Below are positions 1 to 9,895 of a stretch of DNA of 64,000 bases, piece after piece. The notes under the pieces were generated by a model. That model did no database searches. It saw nothing but the letters and a program-made list of their open reading frames with translations, and was not told the DNA's origin. Every line of letters begins with the position of its first letter. Within the stretch, counting starts at the first letter, position 1. Source of the stretch: an uncultured delta proteobacterium (lineage in GTDB: Bacteria; Desulfobacterota; Desulfobacteria; Desulfobacterales; JAHEIW01); contig CAVPNL010000018.1 in assembly GCA_963706575.1 (NCBI GenBank), positions 96,001 through 160,000 of the forward strand, read 5' to 3'. A program made the position numbers and the translations under genes.

Positions 1-106
1 TGACGATACCCGCATTGTGAACTGTAGCGACTGGATACGGCACATCCTTTCTTGTCAGTATGGGGTTTTTTTTAAACCGTGTTATTATTGGATTATGAGT
101 TTTCAT
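1..106 (-). CDS. GH130-family glycoside phosphorylase/hydrolase, N-terminal fragment (runs off the window)
   Basis: Manual translation MKTHNPIITRFKKNPILTRKDVPYPVATVHNAGIV resembles the GH130 N-terminus (NPIL...N.G); directly downstream of two glycosyltransferases. Confidence 0.7.
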   Translation of the reverse strand, partial: MKTHNPIITRFKKNPILTRKDVPYPVATVHNAGIV

Positions 107-185
107 AGTGGTCTGTCCTATAGAGTCATTTTAAAATCTTAGGCCACCGGTATTGGCTACCTGTTTCAGATTTTTCGAGGCCATT

Positions 186-1205
186 TTACAGTTTATCATA
201 GCCAAGAATCATTTCATAGACTTGTATGTATTCGTGGATCATGCGGTCGACTGTGAAATGCCGTTCAACATGGCGGCGACAGGTTGCGCGGTCAATCTCT
301 TTAATACGTGCAACAGTCTCAATGGCCTCGTCCACGTTGTTGACTAAAAAACCACTTTTGCCGTTTTCGATAAGTTCAGGCATGCTGCCCCGATCAAAGG
401 CGATCACGGGCGTACCGCAGGCCATGGATTCGATAACGGACAGACCGAAAGGCTCATTGAATTGTATAGGGTGCAATAGCGCGCAGGCTTTGCCGAGCAG
501 CCGGTTGCGCTCAGCGGGTCCGGCGCTGCCGGCATAGGTCACCTTATCGTTGTCTATGTGAGGGGCGACATATTGGTCATAGTAAGCCTGGTCCTGGATA
601 ATCCCAGCCAAAATCAGCTTTTTATTGCAGGCCCTGGCGATTTCAATAGCTTGTCGGGCACCTTTGTCTTTGTGAATGCGCCCGAAAAAAAGGAGGGTAT
701 CATCCTGCTGGGGCTGGAAATCAAATTGCTTGATATCAATACCGTGATGGATGGTTTTGATATAATCAAGATCCGGCGATCGGTCGGCATCGCTGATGGA
801 AACATAGAACGCTTTGTTGTTGTATTTTTTGTAAACCGGCAGAATCCCGGGCGATGAAAAACCGTGAATGGTGGTCACTACCGGTTTGGTGGTAAGGCCG
901 GTGTAGGTCAGTGGCAGATAGTCAAAATGGTTGTGGATTATGTCATACACATCGGCATGTTCAAAGAGCTCTGAAATATGAAGGCACTCCCAGACTTTTG
1001 GTATGAGTGAGCGGTCTTCTTCATAGCCGCGCGGGCAAACAGCATGCAGCGTGCCGCTGGTTTGCGAATCCGCGGTTGCATACAAGGTTACATCATGGCC
1101 GCACGATACCAGCCCCTCGGTTAAAAGGGAGGCCACGTTTTCCCAGGGCCCATAATGTCGCGGCGGTGTGCGCCAGGCTATGGGCGAGAGCATGGCAATG
1201 TGCAT
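186..1205 (-). CDS. GT4-family glycosyltransferase
   Basis: 339 aa; PPRHYGPWE N-terminal motif, FFGRI..DKG, EPFGLSVIESMACGTPV. Confidence 0.92.
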   Translation of the reverse strand: MHIAMLSPIAWRTPPRHYGPWENVASLLTEGLVSCGHDVTLYATADSQTSGTLHAVCPRGYEEDRSLIPKVWECLHISELFEHADVYDIIHNHFDYLPLTYTGLTTKPVVTTIHGFSSPGILPVYKKYNNKAFYVSISDADRSPDLDYIKTIHHGIDIKQFDFQPQQDDTLLFFGRIHKDKGARQAIEIARACNKKLILAGIIQDQAYYDQYVAPHIDNDKVTYAGSAGPAERNRLLGKACALLHPIQFNEPFGLSVIESMACGTPVIAFDRGSMPELIENGKSGFLVNNVDEAIETVARIKEIDRATCRRHVERHFTVDRMIHEYIQVYEMILGYDKL

Positions 1206-1219
1206 GGCTGATCCTTTTG

Positions 1220-3526
1220 TTAATCGGTTTTCGGTGACGAATGCTGGTTTAAAATCTCGTCGGCATAAAGCTTTTGCAATGTCATCAACGAAAGCAGCCA
1301 GGCAAGGGAGGACTCGGCGCCTTCATTCTGGTTGATGCCGTCTGCCATCAACCCATCTCGGCAACCGCCGGTCTTGGGATCATAGAGCGGCAAGTTGAGG
1401 TCGTTGTGCCCGAGAAACCAATTAAAGCACATGACGGCATGGTCGAACCATGTTTGGTCCCGGGTGACATTAAAGGCTTCCACACAGGCTTCGACCATGG
1501 CGTTGGCTTCGACGGGCTGCTGATCGAAACGGGCTCTGGGCCCGCCTTTTTCATACCATCCGTTGCTGCCGACGGGCACAAAGTGATTGTCTTCGGTTTG
1601 GATGGCCACCAGCCACTTGAGGGAGTTGAGTCCCATATCGATCATGTCGTTGCGTTGCATCCGGTGGCCGGACAGCAGCAGGGCATGGGGCAGTTTGCCG
1701 TTGGCATAGTTCAAAGCGTTTTCAGGCCAGAGCCAATCGTCTGTTGCATTGTTTTTAAACTGATCGAAAAGCCTGTCGGCAAAAATTTCCCGGATCCTGC
1801 GCACATCACTGTCGCCGGAAAATTTATGCAGGTAGGCATGCATGCCCACCAGGGAAAAAGCGATAGCGCGCGGCGAACGAAAATTCTCGACAGCTCTCAG
1901 TGCCTTGTTGAAAAGGGTTGTGCTCATTGCGAGATGCCCGGGATCGTCAAGAAAAGCCACTGCTTTGCCAAGGCACCAGAGCGCTCTGCCATGCGCATCT
2001 TCGGACCCGATCTCCTCCATCCACTGCCGCGAATACGTCATAAAATTGCGAAAGCGCCCATTTTTTTCATTATAGGCATACAGAAGAAATCCGAGATAGT
2101 GACCGCTGAGAAAATCAAGCCCCAAGCCGTTTGTTGGCAGGTATTTTTGACCCATGGCGGCAACCAGCAGCGCTCTGGCATTATCATCGGTACAGTAGCC
2201 ATGGGTGCGATCGGGAATGGTATAGTTGGCATGTTGCAAAATACCGGTATCATCGGTAAGAGCCTTCAGGTGATCGAGCTTGATCTCCGGCAGCTCGAAA
2301 TTCGTGATGGCCTTGATGTTTTCAACATAGGAATGCCGGGGACGGGGTTTCCGGGTGCGGTTTTGCCGCACTTCACTGAAAACCTGGAGGTATTTTCGGG
2401 ATACCTCCTTCCAAACCGCTTCACGACTGAATGTATAGGCTTTTTTGCGCATGGCGTGCCGTTCGACATCGTTGTCCAAAAGTCCGATAACTTGTTCCGC
2501 TAGGGCATCCGGATTGCGGAAGGGTACAATTCGGCCACGGCCTTCGGCAAGCATCTCGGTGGCATACCAGTAAGGTGTCGAAATGACGGCTTTGCCGGTG
2601 CCCATGGCATAGGCGAGGGTCCCGGAGGTAATCTGGGCTTCGTCAAGATAAGGGGTTACGTAAATATCGGCGATGCCGAGAAACTCACACAACTCTCTTA
2701 ATGTCACAAAACGATTCTGAAAAATGACATGCTCGCCGATATCGAGTTTGCGCACGAGCTGCTGCAGCATGATACGGTATGCATCCCCATGCAGTTTTAG
2801 AATATGCGGGTGTGTTGCGCCCAGGATAATATAGACCACATCAGGGTGTTTTTTTATAACCGCCGGGAGCGCTTGCAGCACATTTTCGATGCCCTTATTT
2901 GGAGATAGCAAACCGAATGTAAGCAGCACCTTTTTGCCTTCCACGCCGAACTTGTCTTTGTTGAAGCTTGAATCAATAAACGGCGTATCCGGAATGCCGT
3001 GATGGATAAAGGCAATTTTCTCCTCGGACACGGCATAGATATCTTTTAGGAAATCAGAGGCCTTGCGGCTCATCACCACCAGTTTATCGGACAGATCGGA
3101 TAGCCGGCACATGATGTCACGATATTCCGGGGCGGGATCTTTCAGAATCGTATGCAACGTGGTCACTACCGGCATGCGCAGAGCACCCAATAATTTCAGC
3201 AGGTGGCTGCCGGCTGGACCTCCGAAAAGACCGTATTCATGCTGCAAGCAGACGATATCCGTCTGACTGATATTGAGAAATTGAGCTGCGACACTATAAT
3301 CGGTCAGCTTGTTCTGGTTGATCTCAAAGCGCACTTTTTCTGGATATGGATATCCCTCAGGTTTGTCATTCATGGCAGCCGCCCAGCAGTAAACATCGGG
3401 GGCTTCCGCTGATAAGCCTTCAACCAGATCCGTGGTGAAGGTTGCGATACCGCACTGGCGGGGCAGATAGTTGCCGATCACGGCAACCGAGTCGATTCCC
3501 TCATAATATTTAATAACAGATGACAT
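1220..3526 (-). CDS. GT4 glycosyltransferase fused to a C-terminal helical (glycosidase-like) domain
   Basis: 768 aa; GNYLPRQCGIATFT, QHEYGLFGG, SGTLAYAMGTGK; C-terminal half with GYCTDDNARAL, FDQQPVEA, NQNEGAESSL. Confidence 0.88.
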   Translation of the reverse strand: MSSVIKYYEGIDSVAVIGNYLPRQCGIATFTTDLVEGLSAEAPDVYCWAAAMNDKPEGYPYPEKVRFEINQNKLTDYSVAAQFLNISQTDIVCLQHEYGLFGGPAGSHLLKLLGALRMPVVTTLHTILKDPAPEYRDIMCRLSDLSDKLVVMSRKASDFLKDIYAVSEEKIAFIHHGIPDTPFIDSSFNKDKFGVEGKKVLLTFGLLSPNKGIENVLQALPAVIKKHPDVVYIILGATHPHILKLHGDAYRIMLQQLVRKLDIGEHVIFQNRFVTLRELCEFLGIADIYVTPYLDEAQITSGTLAYAMGTGKAVISTPYWYATEMLAEGRGRIVPFRNPDALAEQVIGLLDNDVERHAMRKKAYTFSREAVWKEVSRKYLQVFSEVRQNRTRKPRPRHSYVENIKAITNFELPEIKLDHLKALTDDTGILQHANYTIPDRTHGYCTDDNARALLVAAMGQKYLPTNGLGLDFLSGHYLGFLLYAYNEKNGRFRNFMTYSRQWMEEIGSEDAHGRALWCLGKAVAFLDDPGHLAMSTTLFNKALRAVENFRSPRAIAFSLVGMHAYLHKFSGDSDVRRIREIFADRLFDQFKNNATDDWLWPENALNYANGKLPHALLLSGHRMQRNDMIDMGLNSLKWLVAIQTEDNHFVPVGSNGWYEKGGPRARFDQQPVEANAMVEACVEAFNVTRDQTWFDHAVMCFNWFLGHNDLNLPLYDPKTGGCRDGLMADGINQNEGAESSLAWLLSLMTLQKLYADEILNQHSSPKTD

Positions 3527-3812
3527 AACCGCTACCTTTTTTACTTTTGATTTTTAACCCATGCAGAATAGATCAGATTTCCAACAGTTTCCCTCGACGT
3601 CACTTTATATAAGGAGCGGTTGGCAGAACGTTAGGGCTGCGTTTTGCAATAGAAGAGGCTCACGCAATGTATCCAAGATGCTGTTTGTATATTTACGTAC
3701 TCACCTGGATTTTGTCTTGGCCTGATCACATCCAATTCTCGATGCTTCCAATTCAGCTACTTGTTGGCGCAATTCAACCCATTCCCTTACGAGCCGACTT
3801 TTTGTATTACGT

Positions 3813-3938
3813 TTATCTTGCATTTGCCCAAATCGATTTAATTTTGCCTTTTTTTTGCTTGCGCTTCTCCTTTAGTGTTTGCTTGCCTTTTTTCTGATCT
3901 TCTCGTTTGCCTTTATCTCTTTTTCCCTTGTCACCCAT
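3813..3938 (-). CDS. 41-aa lysine-rich small protein (not in ORF track)
   Basis: AAAGGAG RBS then ATG; MGDKGKRDKGKREDQKKGKQTLKEKRKQKKGKIKSIWANAR*. Confidence 0.6.
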   Translation of the reverse strand: MGDKGKRDKGKREDQKKGKQTLKEKRKQKKGKIKSIWANAR

Positions 3939-4184
3939 CTAATCTCCTTTTCCTTTCAAAAACTTTTAATTCAATAATTACAAATATTTCATCATATGAC
4001 CCATAGACCCTATAAGTTCCTTTTAGGGTCCTTGCCAACAGAGTTTTTTCCCCGTTGATGATTCGCACATGGATGACGAAAGTTGCGATTCTCGGCAGAA
4101 TGTGACAGAGGTGAAAAGAGTAAAGCAACCGTCCTTTATTATTGAAAAAGGTAACCCACATATGAGTTACCTTTAACCGCCATC

Positions 4185-4535
4185 TTATTTTTTGATGAGA
4201 AGTTCAAGCCCATCGGCGCATGCTCGGGCTACAGCATAGTCAGCCTTTTCTTGCCCGGGCATTTTATCCCAGCCCCCTTTTTCAATTAAGTCAGCTCTCG
4301 ACCAGGAATTTGTTTTCTCTAATTCTTTGAGGTTCTCCTCATGGTTCGAGTCCTGCATAAATTGGGCGACGCAGATCGCCGCCTGACTCGCCAAAACCGC
4401 CTCTGTGGCTTTCGTTTCAGTCGTGGCGGCGGTTGTCCAGCCGCCCCAACCAAAGCCGATGATCATTGCGACGACTGCCCCAACAAAAAGACTCCATACT
4501 CCATACTTAATTTTCCCCGCAGTTTCTGTTTTCAT
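4185..4535 (-). CDS. Membrane-anchored hypothetical protein (IGFGWGGW motif), paralog 1
   Basis: 116 aa, N-terminal TM segment, two Cys, GW..MP motif; similar to 5681-6034. Confidence 0.8.
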   Translation of the reverse strand: MKTETAGKIKYGVWSLFVGAVVAMIIGFGWGGWTTAATTETKATEAVLASQAAICVAQFMQDSNHEENLKELEKTNSWSRADLIEKGGWDKMPGQEKADYAVARACADGLELLIKK

Positions 4536-4662
4536 TTGATACCCCCCATTTTAATTTATTATGTATATAAACCAAATAGCATTTGAAGCTCACGACAGAT
4601 CACATTCACTCTGTCAGGAGCAACGCATACACCATTTGAGTATTTTCTACATGGGTACATTT
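4536..4662 (-). repeat. Duplicated upstream leader (copy 1) containing a sigma54-like -24/-12 element
   Basis: Aligns with 6037-6166; minus-strand TGGTGTATGCGTTGCT at 4619-4634 (GG-N10-GC). Confidence 0.65.
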
Positions 4663-5006
4663 TAATCATCTTTGGATAAAAGGCTCCGATCGTCAAAAAT
4701 AAGCTCTGAAAAATAATTTGAATTGCCGTTGAGTAATTCAATGACTCTTTCGGCGATAAGTTCCACACAGGCAGAAATGGGGAAAAAATTATCGGATCGA
4801 AGTGCTGAAATCAAAGCACCGTCGCCTTTAATGATAGCCTTACGAATGTTATCACCATCGTAAGTCTCCTCGTGCATAAATGAAAAGTTTTCTTTGGTGG
4901 GATCGTAAGAATCACGTTTTCGGAATTGTCTTTCGATTACTGCAAATTCTTTGATTGAAAGACGATTTGTTTCAGCATTCATCGATATATCGTATCTTTG
5001 AAGCAT
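4662..5006 (-). CDS. Hypothetical protein
   Basis: 114-aa ORF with GGGAGGG RBS. Confidence 0.7.
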   Translation of the reverse strand: MLQRYDISMNAETNRLSIKEFAVIERQFRKRDSYDPTKENFSFMHEETYDGDNIRKAIIKGDGALISALRSDNFFPISACVELIAERVIELLNGNSNYFSELIFDDRSLLSKDD

Positions 5007-5189
5007 AATACCCTCCCTGTATTGGCAAAACCTTTTTTAGCAATGCCATTCTGTAGATTGGTGATGTCTAAAAAATGCTTATTTCAGCAATAATTAGAAA
5101 TACTGAAGTTTTGGCAATGACTGCGCGGGCTGCATGAATTTCGCTGGTTAAGACAGTACCTTAAGATACTCTGGCAAGTTCTTTAATTT

Positions 5190-5567
5190 TCAGGGATGCA
5201 ACAATCCTTGGACCGTTACATCCATCTCCGTTAAGGTAAAGGGCTTAAAAAGAGCCTTAGCCACAGCAGTGCCTTTTATTTTGGATAAAATGACCGCTTT
5301 ATCAGCACCTGTCATAAGCACAACCTGTGTGGCGGGAGATTTTTCTTTGACGTAATCGGCCAGGTGGATACCGTCCATACCAGACATGTTAAAGTCAGTC
5401 ATGACCAGGTCAAATTTGTTTTTAAGAAAAAGCGCTAATCCGTTTTCACCACTATCAGCTGATAATACTGCATAGCCGAGTCGGCAAAGCATTTTTGAAA
5501 CGACGTCTCGAATACTATCATCATCATCAACGACCAATATTTTTTTGCTGCCCGTGTTCATTTTCAT
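5190..5567 (-). CDS. Single-domain response regulator receiver
   Basis: ILVVDDD, DLVMTDFNMSGMDG, LMTG, LFKPF. Confidence 0.9.
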   Translation of the reverse strand: MKMNTGSKKILVVDDDDSIRDVVSKMLCRLGYAVLSADSGENGLALFLKNKFDLVMTDFNMSGMDGIHLADYVKEKSPATQVVLMTGADKAVILSKIKGTAVAKALFKPFTLTEMDVTVQGLLHP

Positions 5568-5627
5568 ATCCTTAAACTGTTAAAAAAGTATTCAGGCCAA
5601 AAGGTTGGATATGCTTTAGAACATATG

Positions 5628-5657
5628 AAAAAGGAGGGCCAAGCTCATCCGGCCCTC
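5628..5657 (-). terminator. Rho-independent terminator
   Basis: GGAGGGCC/GGCCCTCC stem followed by a T run on the minus strand, downstream of 5681-6034. Confidence 0.6.
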
Positions 5658-5680
5658 CAGAATAAGCAGGAAAAAGATGT

Positions 5681-6034
5681 TTACCCGCCATTCAGGATCT
5701 GCTCGACACACAGCTCTGAAACCATCTTGTCCGGCTCCTTCTCAAATGGCATGGTTGCCCAACCCTGCTCCTCGACATATTTTTCTCTTTCCCAGCGGTT
5801 TAATCCTGTTAATTCTTTAAGCTTCGTCTCTTTCTGCGCATCCTTGTTAAATTGTTCTAAACACATCGGAGACAAACGAGCGACAAGCGCATCTTCAACC
5901 ATTGTATCAGCCGTTCTCTGGGACGTACTACCCAACACCCAGCCGCCCCAACCGAAGCCGATAATCATGACCATAATGGCACCAATAATGGCACTCCACA
6001 CACTGGTTTTAATTTTTTCTTTATTGAATGTCAT
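5681..6034 (-). CDS. Membrane-anchored hypothetical protein (IGFGWGGW motif), paralog 2
   Basis: GAGGAGG RBS before ATG at 6034; similar to 4185-4535. Confidence 0.8.
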   Translation of the reverse strand: MTFNKEKIKTSVWSAIIGAIMVMIIGFGWGGWVLGSTSQRTADTMVEDALVARLSPMCLEQFNKDAQKETKLKELTGLNRWEREKYVEEQGWATMPFEKEPDKMVSELCVEQILNGG

Positions 6035-6036
6035 TG

Positions 6037-6166
6037 GATACCTCCTCATTTTAATTTATACAGAATGAATATGAGCCCCCCAAAGCATTTTAACTCCTTA
6101 CAGAACACATTCATTCTGTCAGGAGCAACGTATGCACAATTTAAGTATCTTCTTCATGGGTACATC
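6037..6166 (-). repeat. Duplicated upstream leader (copy 2)
   Basis: cacattcattctgtcaggagcaacgtatgcacaatttaagtatcttcttcatgggtacat versus the near-identical block at 4601-4660. Confidence 0.7.
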
Positions 6167-6186
6167 TTCATATAAAACGTAAACAA

Positions 6187-6516
6187 TTAGGCTGCTTTCC
6201 CCCTGGCGGCATTAACGGTCTCCATTCCTTCCGAATGGGAAACCGTATGGATTTCAATTTGCAGTGGTTCGCATAAAAGGCTCTTTGTTCCAAGCAAAAC
6301 GCTGAATCTGTCTGACTTGATGTGATCGTTAAGATCTTCGCGGGTTTCCCACTCCTCTATCAAACTGAAAACGTTCTTTTCTTCGATGTCCCGGAAAACG
6401 TGACAGCTCAGACAACCCCTCACATTTTCGATTGGTTCAATCATTGAGAGAAGTGTTTGCATAACCTCTGTCCGCTTATCTAAAAATACATTCATGGTTG
6501 TTCTGAAAATGATCAC
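6187..6516 (-). CDS. Antibiotic-biosynthesis-monooxygenase (ABM) domain protein
   Basis: GCLSCHVFRD...FSLIEEWETREDLNDHIKSDRF; GTG start after GAGGAGGG. Confidence 0.82.
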   Translation of the reverse strand: MIIFRTTMNVFLDKRTEVMQTLLSMIEPIENVRGCLSCHVFRDIEEKNVFSLIEEWETREDLNDHIKSDRFSVLLGTKSLLCEPLQIEIHTVSHSEGMETVNAARGKAA

Positions 6517-6618
6517 GAGAACCCTCCTCTCAGCAAATACATGACACACGTGTTAATATAGCTTGGGAATTCCCCCCCAGCTGTTATCAAAAGAATTTAA
6601 ACTGTCCAGAATCATACC

Positions 6619-6767
6619 TTCAAGCTTTATGCCAGGCAGACTGAATTCAACTTATATTAACCTAACAAATTGATATTTAATATAATTTTTTATAAAAGAG
6701 CCTGATCGAGGAGGGATGAATGAGTGTAATAATATGGTCACATATGACCAATGGTCATATATGACCC
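6619..6767 (-). promoter_or_regulatory. sigma54 promoter, IHF site and tandem palindromic enhancer (UAS)
   Basis: TGGCATAAAGCTTGAA (6619-6634); TATCAATTTGTTA matches WATCAANNNNTTR (6663-6675); two TGGTCA-N4-TGACC palindromes (6735-6750, 6752-6767). Confidence 0.7.
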
Positions 6768-6970
6768 TGCTCGGCACCCTTGAAGTCATGTTTACAGCTC
6801 TGCGTGAGGGAATACAAATTGACAGGCTGTTGTTTGAGGAAAACCGTGAAAAATAGGCGACTTTGCGGAAAAATGGTCCTTTAACTGCGTACCTTCAGGT
6901 GGTGGGCCAAGACCCGGTTTTCGTTTCAGATATCATGGTTCGAGTAGCAAAATAAATCGACCCCACATGC

Positions 6971-8488
6971 TTATGGCTGCTGGATACCCAATTTTCGTAT
7001 GCGGGCGCGCAGTGTGCTGCGGTTGAGCCCAAGGATTTCTGCAGCCCCGTTTTTGCCGCTCACTTTCCAATTGGTCTGCTCAAGTACCCGGACAATATGG
7101 TCGCGTTCAACCGCTTCCAGCGGTTTTTGCGTGGTCGTTAAATCCTTATGGGCTTTTTTCAGTTCATCCACCAGGTGCAATTTGGGTCCCGAGGAGTTGA
7201 TTACCGCCCGCTCGAGGACGTTTTCCAACTCTCTGATATTGCCGGGCCATTGATAATCCTGCAAGGCATTCATGACGCTCGTCGGGATGCTCTCAATGGA
7301 CTTGCCCAGTCTCTTGGAAATTTTATCTACGAAAAAATCTACCATCAAGGCAATGTCTTCCATTCGTTCTCGCAGCGGGGGCACCGTAATCGGAAAAATA
7401 TTTAGCCGGTACCACAGATCTTCCCGAAACCGGCCCCGGCGCACTTCCTCTTCCAGGTTACGATTGGTAGCGGCAATCACCCGCACATCGACTTTGATCG
7501 TACCGGAGCTGCCCAAGCGTTCAAACTCACCGTCCTGGATCACCCGCAGCAGTTTGGGCTGCAGTTCCAACGGCAGCTCCCCGATCTCATCCAGAAACAG
7601 GGTGGCACCGTTGGCAACTTCAAATCGCCCCAGCTGTCTGGCATGGGCACCGGTGAAGGCGCCTTTCTCGTGGCCGAACAGCTCACTTTCAATCAGGTTT
7701 GAAGGCAGTGTGGCACAATTCACCTTCACTAAGGTCCGATCTTTGCGCGGGCTCAAGCCATGAATGGCCCGCGCCACCAGCTCCTTGCCGGTTCCGGTCT
7801 CACCGAGAACCAGAACGGTCGTATCGCTGGAGGCAATTTGCTCAACCTTATAGAGCACATAATTGAGCCCGTCACTTTGACCGATAATGTTCTCATAGTT
7901 GTATTCTAATTTGATTTCTTCTTGCAGATAAGCCCTCTCGGCCTCAAGTTTTTCCTTTAACTCGTTGATTTCGGAAAGTGCAACCTGGAGATTAAGCTCG
8001 GCCTGCTTGCGCTCGGTAATGTCCTGAATCCAACCGGACATCCGAATAGCGTTTCCCTCGGTATTCCAGATTGCCTGGCCACGCGCGAGGAACCACAGGT
8101 ACTCCCCGGATTTTGTTCGCAGGCGGTATTCGACCTTGTATGCAACACGCTCTTTAAGATGGCGTTCGATCGCGGTCCAGATGGCCTCGGTGTCCTCAGG
8201 ATGCAGTCGGCTGCGGAAAGAATCTATCGTGCCCGGAAACTCCGCGGACGAATACCCCAGGATTTCTCTGAATCGATCCGAGTAAAAGACGGTGTTCGAC
8301 AGCAGGTCCCAATCCCAGAGGCCGTCGGTAGAGCCTGCGAGGGCCAAAAGATATCGCTCTTCACTGGTGCGCAATGCCTCTTTCGACCGGCCATGTCGCG
8401 ACCGCTGTATGAGCAGCCTGACGATAAGCAAGGTTGCGATCGCGCTAAAAGAGGCAAGACCGATGATATGCCATTGGTAAAGCGCCAA
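6971..8488 (-). CDS. PAS-domain sigma54-dependent transcriptional activator (enhancer-binding protein), probably 5'-truncated
   Basis: TM segment, [36 protein letters not shown], Fis-type HTH. Confidence 0.92.
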   Translation of the reverse strand: MALYQWHIIGLASFSAIATLLIVRLLIQRSRHGRSKEALRTSEERYLLALAGSTDGLWDWDLLSNTVFYSDRFREILGYSSAEFPGTIDSFRSRLHPEDTEAIWTAIERHLKERVAYKVEYRLRTKSGEYLWFLARGQAIWNTEGNAIRMSGWIQDITERKQAELNLQVALSEINELKEKLEAERAYLQEEIKLEYNYENIIGQSDGLNYVLYKVEQIASSDTTVLVLGETGTGKELVARAIHGLSPRKDRTLVKVNCATLPSNLIESELFGHEKGAFTGAHARQLGRFEVANGATLFLDEIGELPLELQPKLLRVIQDGEFERLGSSGTIKVDVRVIAATNRNLEEEVRRGRFREDLWYRLNIFPITVPPLRERMEDIALMVDFFVDKISKRLGKSIESIPTSVMNALQDYQWPGNIRELENVLERAVINSSGPKLHLVDELKKAHKDLTTTQKPLEAVERDHIVRVLEQTNWKVSGKNGAAEILGLNRSTLRARIRKLGIQQP

Positions 8489-8800
8489 AATTGACTCCTC
8501 GGGAACGAATGGTTGTACTTATTCGATATAATTACCATAAAAGTTATAGAATTTCAAAATTTTGGTGAACCAGGTGCAGATTGATCTGATCTTTTGGAAG
8601 TTTGTTGCCGGCAGTGGGATCAATCGGGTAAAGCTAAATATTTCAAAAGCAATGAAGCTGGTGATGCAGCGAACCGGAGGTAATCAGCTTTAATTTTGCT
8701 TGACAGGCAGTAAAATACGAATTATTAAACAGCATATAACCAATTAATATTAATAGAAAAATTAGCATTTGTTACGTATAGCCTTAAGCTTTAATTTTGA

Positions 8801-9115
8801 AAAAGTAGAGATTCCATACTCAAAACACAAATTCTGTTTTACCTATTTTTTCATCTCAAAACAGACACCCCACAAAAGCATAATCCCCTTCCAAAAACAC
8901 AGGACAAACTCATGCGACCAACGGATTCAATGTGTGAGAAACCGAGCTCATTAATGTCTCGCATCTCGATATGTATTTGAATACATTATATATCTACTTT
9001 CTAAATATTTTTCGTTTTTTCCAGGTTATGCAAGTTTTGGGGCATTTTTCTCACACCAAGTCTCACACCAACAAAAAAGGGTTACAGTCCTAAGACCATA
9101 ACCCCTTGAATTTTT
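8801..9115. repeat. Island-end module; diverged direct repeat of 15955-16271
   Basis: Shared blocks aaaagtaragattccata, ctgttttac, cgaccwacggattc, tandem TCTCACAC, and a terminator hairpin aagggtta...taaccc. Confidence 0.8.
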
Positions 9116-9160
9116 TGGTACGCCCGGCAGGATTCGAACCTGCGGTCTACGGATTCGAAG
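9116..9160 (-). mobile_element. att site: 45-bp copy of the tRNA-Arg(TCG) 3' half
   Basis: One mismatch to 16272-16316; identity ends at the anticodon loop. Confidence 0.92.
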
Positions 9161-9258
9161 GATACAGGTTCCAAATGTCAGCAGTATGATCTTGTTCCGA
9201 GATCAAGGATAGATCTAATCAAACAGATGGTGTTTTAATGGATAGGTGGACATTACTA

Positions 9259-9600
9259 TTAATCTAAATTCTTTATAATTCGTTTAATTTCTTCTCTAAG
9301 CTTGGGGATATCTTTTTCTACTGTGAGCCACACTGTATCAATATCCACTCCGAAGTAATCGTGAATGAGTTTATCACGCATACCCGCAATGTCCTGCCAA
9401 GGTACTTGAGGCGTTTGGCTCGTCAAATCATCCGTGAGCCTTTTCACCGCTTCGCCTATTATTTCAATCTGCCGAATAACACCATCCTGAACCAGATCAT
9501 TTTTTTTAAAAGTCTCTTCATCAATTCCTTGCATATATTTTTCTATTTTCTTAATTGCATCCAGAATGTGATTCAAAAAGGCGGACTGATCAGTTTTCAT
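9259..9600 (-). CDS. HepT-like (DUF86/HEPN) ribonuclease toxin
   Basis: [27 protein letters not shown] (Rx4HxY). Confidence 0.9.
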   Translation of the reverse strand: MKTDQSAFLNHILDAIKKIEKYMQGIDEETFKKNDLVQDGVIRQIEIIGEAVKRLTDDLTSQTPQVPWQDIAGMRDKLIHDYFGVDIDTVWLTVEKDIPKLREEIKRIIKNLD

Positions 9601-9895
9601 AAATAACCTTTAATTCGCTTAAAATTCTATCTCGCAAATAAGGGCTTATCGCAGCCTCGGTCAACAAATCAACTTTTTTACCAAGTTCCGTTGATAGTTC
9701 ACGTTCCAGCCTTACGATATCCAAAAGACTTTTTCTTCTAGAAAATTTTACCATTAAATCAATGTCACTTGCCGGTGTATCCTCGCCTCTTGCTACAGAG
9801 CCGAAAACAGCCACCATTGCGGCATCGTTTTCACGGCAAATTTTTATCAACTTATCGATATCGAATGAAAGTGCGTCCATTTTATTTGAATTCAC
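9590..9895 (-). CDS. MNT minimal nucleotidyltransferase antitoxin
   Basis: [17 protein letters not shown] (GSx10DxD); overlaps the toxin start. Confidence 0.9.
   Translation of the reverse strand: MNSNKMDALSFDIDKLIKICRENDAAMVAVFGSVARGEDTPASDIDLMVKFSRRKSLLDIVRLERELSTELGKKVDLLTEAAISPYLRDRILSELKVIYEN

Noticed and set aside
1274..2503. 409-aa plus-strand ORF and many other long antisense ORFs in the track
   Set aside because: They shadow well-supported genes on the opposite strand and have no recognisable motifs
4559..4768. 69-aa ORF covering the duplicated leader
   Set aside because: The second leader copy has an immediate stop in the equivalent frame (ATG TAC CCA TGA), so the conservation is not protein-coding
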